Shown piece after piece: positions 30,795-37,852 of a DNA stretch of 64,000 nt. This DNA comes from Candidatus Scatavimonas merdigallinarum (GTDB lineage: Bacteria > Bacillota > Clostridia > Oscillospirales > Acutalibacteraceae): NCBI GenBank assembly GCA_018713055.1, contig DVFW01000042.1, forward strand, positions 5,802 to 69,801, written 5' to 3'. The notes beneath the pieces are model-generated. The model was given only the letters and a program-made list of their open reading frames with translations, had not been told where the DNA came from and searched no databases. The position numbers and the translations under genes were made by a program. How positions within the stretch are numbered: the stretch's first letter is position 1; the number at the start of each line of letters is the position of its first letter.

Positions 30795-30837
30795 TGTTTA
30801 TATACATTTCTTCTAATAAGTTTTTGTTCATTTCTTA
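30795..30837. repeat. 43-bp direct repeat, copy 1 (upstream region of the frameshifted RHH gene)
   Basis: TGTTTATATACATTTCTTCTAATAAGTTTTTGTTCATTTCTTA matches 31119-31161 at 40 of 43 positions. Confidence 0.8.
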
Positions 30838-30850
30838 CGGAAGCCTTTTT

Positions 30851-30889
30851 AAAAAACCGCTGTGTGGATTTATTTCACACAGCGGTTTT
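30851..30889. terminator. Bidirectional rho-independent terminator overlapping the stop of the RHH gene
   Basis: AAAAAA-CCGCTGTGTG-(9-nt loop)-CACACAGCGG-TTTT. Confidence 0.7.
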
Positions 30890-31055
30890 CCGGTTGTTCC
30901 GGGAACAGCGTTTTTTCCAGTATAGAAACAAGCGCAAAGTTAAAACTGGTATCGTTTTTTATGGAGACTTCTTCTATTTTGTCGGCAAGCGCTTCCGGCA
31001 AGTAAACGGTTTTGTAGATGTGAGGAGTTTTTTTTCGCGGGGACACCCTGTACAT
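30870..31055 (-). CDS. Small ribbon-helix-helix (Arc/CopG-like) DNA-binding protein, putative
   Basis: 61 aa. The segment KTVYLPEALADKIEEVSIKNDTSFNFALVSILEKTL has a beta-strand-helix-helix pattern. GGAGGA RBS upstream. A terminator overlaps its stop. Confidence 0.5.
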   Translation of the reverse strand: MYRVSPRKKTPHIYKTVYLPEALADKIEEVSIKNDTSFNFALVSILEKTLFPEQPENRCVK

Positions 31056-31118
31056 GCTTTTTCCTCCTTTCCTAAGTTTTCTTTATACGGGCTTTTATTT
31101 TACCCGCCGGCTATGATA

Positions 31119-31161
31119 TGTTTATATAGCTTTCTTCTAAAAAGTTTTTGTTCATTTCTTA
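31119..31161. repeat. 43-bp direct repeat, copy 2 (upstream region of the intact RHH gene)
   Basis: TGTTTATATAGCTTTCTTCTAAAAAGTTTTTGTTCATTTCTTA. See copy 1 at 30795-30837. Confidence 0.8.
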
Positions 31162-31185
31162 TAAAAGAAATGAACAAAAACTTTT
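31140..31185 (-). terminator. Perfect 21-bp inverted repeat (4-nt loop): terminator of the 31228-31776 gene and/or RHH operator
   Basis: AAAAGTTTTTGTTCATTTCTT-ATAA-AAGAAATGAACAAAAACTTTT. It lies 43 nt downstream of the minus-strand stop at 31228 and about 85 nt upstream of the RHH start. Confidence 0.5.
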
Positions 31186-31227
31186 CTGTCCGCGTAGCGG
31201 CTTTTCGTTCTATGCTGGATTGTTTAT

Positions 31228-31776
31228 TTAAATGGAATACCCATCCTCCGGCTTAATCCCGCACAGCAAAAGCGTACCGCACACGGCAAGCAGCGGGTAA
31301 ACTTCTGTCTTTTCAGAAAGATGCGCAATAAAATCGTGTGGCTCGTATGCTTCCCCGTTTATGGAAGTCAGCTCGCGCTGCAGGCTGATGGTGGCGCGCG
31401 CATCGTCCAGGCTTGCAATGCTTAAAGTGTCGCGCAGGCCGGTGCCGCAGGTAATGGCGATATGGCTTGCGTCTTTCAGGCGGGAAACCGCCTTTTTATT
31501 ATTGCTTTCCAAAACGGGGATCAACCCCTGAGAAAGCGGAAAACTGCCCGCGCTTTTAAAATTTTCGTCAAATACCAAAACGCCCTTTGCGCTGCCGGCG
31601 CGTGGCGCGCTGTGCGTACAAAAAAGCGTAAAGCGCGGGTCTTTGCAGCTTGTATACAGGGTGTTGCCAAGCATACCCTGCACGCCGCCATAATTGGAAA
31701 GCGCGCGCAAAAAGGTATGGTGCAGGCTTTGATCCCTGCGGCAGGAGCATAACACGACAACGGGCATAAGAATCAT
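31228..31776 (-). CDS. Hypothetical protein, weakly Mur-ligase-middle-domain-like (no P-loop)
   Basis: 182-aa ORF. The pattern VLVFDEN...HIAITCGTG...ATISLQRELTSINGEAYEPHDFIAHL...YPLLAVCGTLLLCGI resembles the layout of the 19243-19848 ORF and of Mur ligase central domains. By eye only. Confidence 0.4.
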   Translation of the reverse strand: MILMPVVVLCSCRRDQSLHHTFLRALSNYGGVQGMLGNTLYTSCKDPRFTLFCTHSAPRAGSAKGVLVFDENFKSAGSFPLSQGLIPVLESNNKKAVSRLKDASHIAITCGTGLRDTLSIASLDDARATISLQRELTSINGEAYEPHDFIAHLSEKTEVYPLLAVCGTLLLCGIKPEDGYSI

Positions 31777-31841
31777 CCATTTCTATTGTATTATGTAGCG
31801 TTGCGTTTATTATTTGCCTTTGCCGCCGTTGTATACGCCTG

Positions 31842-32741
31842 TTATGCGTTTATCAGCGCGTCAAGCGCCGTTTCGTCTGTAAAGCCGTTTGCCGCTCCCG
31901 CTTCGCCAATTTTATAAGAGGCAAAATACACGGCGCGCCGCAAAGAGAAGAGCGCGTCGTTTGTTTTTGTATAAAAATGCATAAAGGCGGAAAAAAGCGC
32001 GTCGCCCGCGCCGACCGTATTCACAACCGGGCGGGTATAAACAGCGGGGATATGAATGCACTGCCGGTTTTCCCTTGTGTAAAGTAAAGCGCCTTTATGC
32101 CCAAGCCCTACGGCGATGACCTTACAGCAGTAAACGCCGGCGAGCGCTTTTACAAAGTCAGAAACTTCTCCTGGGATTGCTTCGTCGCTTAAAAAAAGCA
32201 CGTCGGCGCTGTGCATGAAGTCCGCGTTAAAGGCGTCGTGCAGATCGGAAAGGACATGCACGTCCGTAGCGATTAAAACGCCGGCCTTTTTTGCAACGGA
32301 CAAAAGCGGGCGGTTAAAATTGATGTTGCATAATACGGCCGTTTTGCAGCCTGTAAGCGCTTTTGTAAAAAGCGCGGGGTCGCACACGGCCTGCTGAATG
32401 TCTTTCAGGTCGCAGTAGATCTGGCGCTTTCCGCTTTTGTCATATAAAACGACCGTTTGGGGCGACAGTGCCAGAGCAGGGCGGATATATGCAGTTTCCA
32501 GTCCTGCTTCCTGCACAGCCTGCAAAATGGCCTGCCCGGCCTGGTCGCGGCCTGTCAGGGAAAACAGCGTTACGCTGTCGCCCAGTGTGCGCAGCGCCTT
32601 TGCAACGTTAAAGCCCACCCCGGATACAGTGGCGTCGATACCGAAAAACGGAAAATGGATGGGGCAGTATTCTATGGGAAAGCGCTCCACCTGCACGGTT
32701 GTTTCCGTATTTAAAAGACCCGATACTAAAATTTGTTCCAC
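31842..32741 (-). CDS. PfkB-family carbohydrate kinase
   Basis: 299 aa with the C-terminal PfkB signature VNTVGAGDALFSAF. Confidence 0.8.
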   Translation of the reverse strand: MEQILVSGLLNTETTVQVERFPIEYCPIHFPFFGIDATVSGVGFNVAKALRTLGDSVTLFSLTGRDQAGQAILQAVQEAGLETAYIRPALALSPQTVVLYDKSGKRQIYCDLKDIQQAVCDPALFTKALTGCKTAVLCNINFNRPLLSVAKKAGVLIATDVHVLSDLHDAFNADFMHSADVLFLSDEAIPGEVSDFVKALAGVYCCKVIAVGLGHKGALLYTRENRQCIHIPAVYTRPVVNTVGAGDALFSAFMHFYTKTNDALFSLRRAVYFASYKIGEAGAANGFTDETALDALINA

Positions 32742-32850
32742 GACGAAATTCTCCTGTTCTGTTGAAAGTATTTATGCTATACTAATATAAATACACAATA
32801 TCCCGGATTTTGTCAATACACACCGGGACGCATGAAGAAGGGGAAGAAAA

Positions 32851-33765
32851 ATGCTGGATATTTTGATTATCGGCGCGGGACCCGCCGGCATGAGCGCCGC
32901 AATTTACGCGCTACGCGCAGGAAAACGCGTCGCCGTGTTTGACAAGGCCATGTACGGGGGGCAAACCGTCAACACCTATGAAATTGAAAATTATCCGGGA
33001 ATCCGCAGGATCAGCGGAACGGATTTTGCCATGCAGCTGTACGAGCAGGCCGCCGCGCTGGGCGCGCAGTTTGTATTTGCGGATGTTGCGCCGCTTTGCC
33101 TGGAGGGAAAGGAAAAAAAGCTTATGGCTGGCGAACAGGAATATACGGCCAAAGCGGTTATTATTGCAAACGGTGCGGCGCGCAGGAAGCTTGAATGCAA
33201 CGGCGAGCAGCGGCTTACAGGGCGCGGCGTGTCTTACTGTGCAACGTGCGACGGCGCGTTTTTCAAGGGCAAACAGGCAATTGTGGCTGGCAGCGGCAAC
33301 ACGGCGCTGGAAGACGCGCTGTACCTTGCCAATATTTGTGCAGAGGTCAGGCTGCTGATCCGCGGGGACCGGATTAAGGGAGAAGAAACAACGGCGCAGC
33401 GGCTGAAGAAAAAGAAGAATGTAACCATTATTTTTAACGAAAGCATAGCGGAAATTTTGGGGGAAAACCGTGTGGAAGCGGTGCGGACCGTTCACAGGGA
33501 AACGGGAAAGGAACAGGTTTACCACACAGACGCGGTGTTTGTGGCGGTTGGGCAGGCTCCAAACAACGAGCCGTTTCGGGACTTTGTAAAACTGGACAAG
33601 GACGGCTATATTATAGCGGGGGAAGATTGCAAAACCAACATGGAGGGCGTGTATGCGGCGGGCGATACACGCGCCAAACGTTTGCGGCAGATTGTAACGG
33701 CGGCCGCAGACGGCGCAATTGCGGCCGTATATGCAGCAGAATATATAGAAAAACTGGAATTTTAG
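32851..33765 (+). CDS. trxB: Thioredoxin-disulfide reductase
   Basis: 304 aa with IIGAGPAGMSAAIYA (FAD), redox CATCDG, a GSGNTALEDA NADPH site and GDTR motifs. Confidence 0.9.
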   Translation: MLDILIIGAGPAGMSAAIYALRAGKRVAVFDKAMYGGQTVNTYEIENYPGIRRISGTDFAMQLYEQAAALGAQFVFADVAPLCLEGKEKKLMAGEQEYTAKAVIIANGAARRKLECNGEQRLTGRGVSYCATCDGAFFKGKQAIVAGSGNTALEDALYLANICAEVRLLIRGDRIKGEETTAQRLKKKKNVTIIFNESIAEILGENRVEAVRTVHRETGKEQVYHTDAVFVAVGQAPNNEPFRDFVKLDKDGYIIAGEDCKTNMEGVYAAGDTRAKRLRQIVTAAADGAIAAVYAAEYIEKLEF

Positions 33766-33851
33766 TTTAAATATGTTGCTTATTTTTTAAATTTCGATTA
33801 TCATAAAAGAAAAAGGGGCGCGGCCTCTGAAAGAAATGGACGGCGGAAAAG

Positions 33852-34346
33852 ATGGGAGTAAACCGTATAGACAAGAAGAATTATTATCTGGATATAGCGG
33901 AAACGGTTTTGGAAAGGGGCACGTGCCTGAGACGGAACTTTGGGGCGATTATAGTAAAAAACGATCAGATTGTTTCGACCGGCTATGTGGGAGCGCCAAG
34001 AGGCAGACATAACTGCATCGACCTGGGGGTGTGCATCCGCGAAAGTATGCAGGTGCCCAGGGGCGAGCGCTATGAGCTTTGCAGAAGCGTGCATGCAGAG
34101 GCAAACGCAATTATTCATGCTTCCAGGAATGATATGATTGGCGCGACGATGTACCTGGTGGGAAAGGACGCCAAGACCGGCGAATATGTAAAGGACGCAA
34201 ATTCATGCGCCATGTGTAAGCGCATGATTATCAACGCGGGGATCAAGCGCGTGATCATACGCAATTCCAGGGATACTTTTACGGCCATCTATGTGGACGA
34301 CTGGATTGCAAACGACGAATCGCTTCACGGAGAAATGGGATATTGA
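33852..34346 (+). CDS. dCMP deaminase (ComEB-type cytidine/deoxycytidylate deaminase)
   Basis: 164 aa with zinc motifs HAEANAI and CAMCKRMI. Confidence 0.85.
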   Translation: MGVNRIDKKNYYLDIAETVLERGTCLRRNFGAIIVKNDQIVSTGYVGAPRGRHNCIDLGVCIRESMQVPRGERYELCRSVHAEANAIIHASRNDMIGATMYLVGKDAKTGEYVKDANSCAMCKRMIINAGIKRVIIRNSRDTFTAIYVDDWIANDESLHGEMGY

Positions 34347-34371
34347 AAGAAAAGGGGAAAAGCCATTCAGA

Positions 34372-34405
34372 CAAAAAAACCCGGCACGGAAGTGCCGGGT
34401 TTTTT
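34372..34405. terminator. Bidirectional rho-independent terminator in the convergent gap
   Basis: AAAAAAA-CCCGGCAC-GGAA-GTGCCGGG-TTTTTT. Confidence 0.8.
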
Positions 34406-34450
34406 CATGAAAAATTTTCAAGGTGCATATATTTACTATGCGCCTTTTTG

Positions 34451-34729
34451 TCATTCTGCGGGGTCCACCTCATTTTTTTCAGAAAGCTTATTTTCCAGCT
34501 CTTCGATGCAGTCTTCGCAAATCAGCTTTCCTTCATGGGAGATAAGGTTTGAAATACTGTTGCAAAAGGTGCATCCAGGCGTATATTTTCTGATAACAAT
34601 GGTGTCTTCTGTGGGGAAAAGCTCAATGGAAGTACCGCTTTCCAATTCGTAAGATTTTCTTAATGGTTTTGGAATAACAATACGACCCAGGTTGTCGACC
34701 GTGGCAAAAAAGTTTGTGGCGTTTTTCAT
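34451..34729 (-). CDS. AbrB/SpoVT-family DNA-binding protein with C-terminal CxxC...CxxC module
   Basis: 92 aa. The N-terminus VDNLGRIVIPKPLRK is the looped-hinge-helix signature. The C-terminus is CTFCNSISNLISHEGKLICEDC. Confidence 0.8.
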   Translation of the reverse strand: MKNATNFFATVDNLGRIVIPKPLRKSYELESGTSIELFPTEDTIVIRKYTPGCTFCNSISNLISHEGKLICEDCIEELENKLSEKNEVDPAE

Positions 34730-34864
34730 ACTAAGGACTCCTTTCTACGATTTCTTGTAAAAAATATAGTGGTTTAGCAGAATTTCTTTCATTTTACCAA
34801 AAAATGCCATAATTGTCAATAAATATAACATCTTTGTTATTTTTCCGTAGTGAGGTGACAAATA

Positions 34865-35455
34865 GTGCTAAACTATATATGGGGCGCAATTTTGCTAATA
34901 AGCATAATATGTGGTGTTTTTACAGGAAAAACAGCGCAATTAAGCCAGGGTGCGCTCAACGGCGCGCAGGAGGCAATAGAGCTGCTGCTCACCATGTGCG
35001 GTATGATGTGCCTGTGGTCGGGCCTGATGGCGATTGCTGAGCGGGGAGGTATTACCGCGCTGCTTGCAAAAATTTTTTCCCCTGTGCTGGGAAGGCTGTT
35101 TCCCCAGTATAAAGAGGACGAAAAGGCCTGCAGCGCAATTTGTTCTAATGTGACGGCGAACCTGCTGGGGCTTGGCAACGCTGCCACACCGCTTGGAATA
35201 GAGGCCATGCGCAGGATGCAGCTGAAAAACCCGGAACAGGAGCGGGCAAACGACAGTATGGTTATGTTTGTTGTGCTCAATACGGCGTCGATCCAGCTTA
35301 TTCCGACAACAATTGCCGTTTTGCGGCAGAGCCATGGCGCAGGCGCGCCGTTTGATATTTTACCGTGCGTGTGGGTAAGCTCTGTTTTTGCGCTTGCAGT
35401 AGGCATTACGACGGCAAAGCTGTTACAAAAATGCAGGGCAAGGAAGGTGGGTTAG
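34865..35455 (+). CDS. spmA: Spore maturation protein A (nucleoside-recognition domain membrane protein)
   Basis: 196 aa starting (M)LNYIWGAILLISIICGVF.... Polytopic. Followed immediately by spmB. Confidence 0.85.
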   Translation: MLNYIWGAILLISIICGVFTGKTAQLSQGALNGAQEAIELLLTMCGMMCLWSGLMAIAERGGITALLAKIFSPVLGRLFPQYKEDEKACSAICSNVTANLLGLGNAATPLGIEAMRRMQLKNPEQERANDSMVMFVVLNTASIQLIPTTIAVLRQSHGAGAPFDILPCVWVSSVFALAVGITTAKLLQKCRARKVG

Positions 35456-35977
35456 ATCGAACAGCTTGGAAATTATGTAATCCCAATTGTAATTTTTTTG
35501 ATTATTCTATTTGCTTTTATCAGAAAAGTTCCCTGCTTTGACACCTTTTTGGACGGGGCAAAGCAGGGGCTGGTTTCTACTTATAAAATTGCGCCTTCGC
35601 TGATTGGGCTGATTGTTGCGGTCAACATGCTCAAGGCTTCGGGCGCGCTGGAAATGCTGATCAACTTTATAAGACCTGCGGCGGAATTTTTGGGGTTTCC
35701 GGCGGAGGTAGTCCCGCTGGCGCTGCTGCGCCCGGTATCTGGCAGCGGTTCGACGGCAATTTTAAACAGTATTTTACAGGATTACGGCCCGGACAGCTTT
35801 ATTGGGCGCGCAGCCAGCGTAATGGCGGGCTCTACAGAAACGACGTTTTATGCAATTGCCGTATATTATGGGGCGGTAGGGATCCGGAAAATCCGCCATA
35901 CCGTCCCTGCCGCGCTGTGTGCGGATTTTGCAGGGATGGTTATGGCGGTTTTGAGTGTGCGTTTTTTTTACCCGTAG
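35456..35977 (+). CDS. spmB: Spore maturation protein B; probable non-canonical ATC start (first canonical start is TTG 35498)
   Basis: The frame is open from the codon after the spmA TAG. IEQLGNYVIPIVIFLIILFAFIRKVPCFDTFLDGAKQG matches the conserved SpmB N-terminal TM helix. A strong SD (AGGAAGGTGG, 35441-35450) lies 5 nt before ATC 35456. Confidence 0.7.
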   Translation: MEQLGNYVIPIVIFLIILFAFIRKVPCFDTFLDGAKQGLVSTYKIAPSLIGLIVAVNMLKASGALEMLINFIRPAAEFLGFPAEVVPLALLRPVSGSGSTAILNSILQDYGPDSFIGRAASVMAGSTETTFYAIAVYYGAVGIRKIRHTVPAALCADFAGMVMAVLSVRFFYP

Positions 35978-35981
35978 GCGT

Positions 35982-37400
35982 TTATTTTGTCAGCGGCGTG
36001 CGGATCAGTTTGCGTGCGAGAGCTTTGCCGTTAAACGGGATGAGGGGGTACAGATAACTTTTGCCCGATACCGTTTTGTTTGTCAGCAACAGGATAAAAG
36101 TCAGGACAATGCCCGCGCAAAAGCCCCATATATTAAACAGCTGGGTCAGGATCAGCAAAAGCATGCGCAGAAATTTGAGTGAATAGCCCAGTTCATAGCT
36201 TGGCTGCGTATAGTTGGCAATGGCGACAAAGGCCATATAAAGGATGGCTTCTGTAGAAAACCAGCCTACGGTAACGGCAAAATCGCTCAGGGCGATTGCG
36301 CCGATGATGCTTAAAGAGGTACTTAAGCTGTTTGGTGTGTTGACAGAGGCAAGGCGCAGGCCATCTATGCCCAGTTCCAGAAGCATTAACTGCCAGAAAA
36401 CAGGGATATTGACAGGCTCTGTGATCAATATAAATGAAAAAGCTTTGGGGACAAGATCCGGGTTTTTCAGGGCAAGCAGCCACAGCGGTGTAATGACCAG
36501 TGTGGCCAGCGTAACAATATAACGTGCAAAGCGGATATAAGTGCCGGTAAGCGGTGGAAAGTAATAATCGTCGGCTTCCTCGATAATATCAAAAATTGAG
36601 GTTGGCAAAATCAGAACAGAGGGAGAATTGTCAACAAGAATAACGATGTTGCCCTCAAGCAGTGAAGAGGCGGCGGTATCCGGACGCTCGGTGTATTTAA
36701 TTTTTGGAAAGGGATTATACCATTTGTGTTTATAAATTGCTTCGATGAGGCTTTGCTGGTTCATTGTGAGCGAATGGACGTTGATCGCTTCAATCTGCTT
36801 TGTAATTTTTGCAAGGAGCTGTTTGTCTACTTTATCGTCCATATAGCAGACAGCCACGTCTGTTTTAGATTCTCTGCCTACGACAAAGGCGTTTATGCGC
36901 AGGTTTGTGTCGCGTATGCGCCGCCGGAGCAGGGCGGTGTTGCTGATCAGGGTTTCTACAAAGCCGTCTTTGGAGCCGCGCAGAGATTTGTCTTTTTCCG
37001 GTTCGCTGGTCTGGCGCTGTGGATAGGTGCGACTGTCAATCATGATGGCCTGTTCAAAGCCGTCTATAAATAGTGCGGAAACGCCGGAAAGGATATTCAT
37101 ACAGATTTGTTGTAAATTGTCTGCAACGGCTACCTCTACGTATGGAACGCAGTTTTTGACAAAAGTGTGTGCGTCGCGCATATCCTCTTCTTTGTCAAGT
37201 GAATAAAAAAATTCTAAAACCTTTTCCATGACCTCGTCCTTGATCAGCCCATCTATAAAAAACAGGCAGCAGCGGCGGCTGTTAATCTGTACGGGCCTGC
37301 AGATTAAGTCAAAGCTTTCATCTGTATGCAGTGTTTTTCTGAATAAAGCTATATTGTCGTCAATATGTGTAGAAAGCGGCATGTTTTCACTCTTTTCCAT
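35982..37400 (-). CDS. GerA-family spore germination protein (GerAA/SpoVAF-like A subunit)
   Basis: 472 aa with a soluble N-terminal domain and a C-terminal 4-5 TM region. It shows GerA-like motifs (LLRRRIRDTNL, PxxFWQ). Confidence 0.8.
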   Translation of the reverse strand: MEKSENMPLSTHIDDNIALFRKTLHTDESFDLICRPVQINSRRCCLFFIDGLIKDEVMEKVLEFFYSLDKEEDMRDAHTFVKNCVPYVEVAVADNLQQICMNILSGVSALFIDGFEQAIMIDSRTYPQRQTSEPEKDKSLRGSKDGFVETLISNTALLRRRIRDTNLRINAFVVGRESKTDVAVCYMDDKVDKQLLAKITKQIEAINVHSLTMNQQSLIEAIYKHKWYNPFPKIKYTERPDTAASSLLEGNIVILVDNSPSVLILPTSIFDIIEEADDYYFPPLTGTYIRFARYIVTLATLVITPLWLLALKNPDLVPKAFSFILITEPVNIPVFWQLMLLELGIDGLRLASVNTPNSLSTSLSIIGAIALSDFAVTVGWFSTEAILYMAFVAIANYTQPSYELGYSLKFLRMLLLILTQLFNIWGFCAGIVLTFILLLTNKTVSGKSYLYPLIPFNGKALARKLIRTPLTK

Positions 37401-37528
37401 TGATAACGTTCTTTTTTATAGTCTGTGCTGTTTTTTTTCTGTCATACAATGAAAAACAGAAATCAAGAAATCTCCATACCTGCTGTTGGTGCCTTTTTAC
37501 CGTATAATGGCGAAGTGAAAAATACAGG

Positions 37529-37557
37529 TTGACAAAACAGAATAAGTGGGATATAAT
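37529..37557 (+). promoter_or_regulatory. Consensus sigma-A promoter of the T-box leader
   Basis: TTGACA (37529-37534), a 17-nt spacer, then TATAAT (37552-37557). Confidence 0.75.
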
Positions 37558-37559
37558 GC

Positions 37560-37820
37560 AGATAAATGGTAAACCGATGATTAAGAGGAGTACCTGTAAA
37601 CGAGAGGGTTTGAAGAGAGCTGCAGACGGTGGAAGTGCGGCAGCCCTTTTACAGGGAATGGGCTTATGAGGGCCGGGTGAAATAGCAGTAGCCAGGACGG
37701 GAACTCCACCCGTTACCAAGGGAGCATACGTAACAGCGTATGGGAAGAGAGGGCCTTTTGGCCAATTTGGGTGGTACCACGGAAGTTTGCTTTCGTCCCT
37801 TTGGGGCGAGGGCTTTTTTT
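37560..37820 (+). promoter_or_regulatory. T-box riboswitch leader, probably Trp-specific
   Basis: Conserved T-box sequence AATTTGGGTGGTACCACGG (37764-37782). Terminator GCTTTCGTCCC-TTT-GGGGCGAGGGC followed by T7 (37789-37820). Candidate specifier UGG followed by A at 37630-37633, downstream of an AGAGA box. Confidence 0.75.
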
Positions 37821-37852
37821 ATTTTTCAGACAAAAAGAGAGGAGTTTTTACT

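Noticed and set aside
30864-31256. 130-aa plus-strand ORF across the RHH gene region
   Set aside because: It runs antisense to the RHH gene and through two terminator hairpins. Its translation is Phe/Leu-rich from AT-rich DNA, and it has no RBS.
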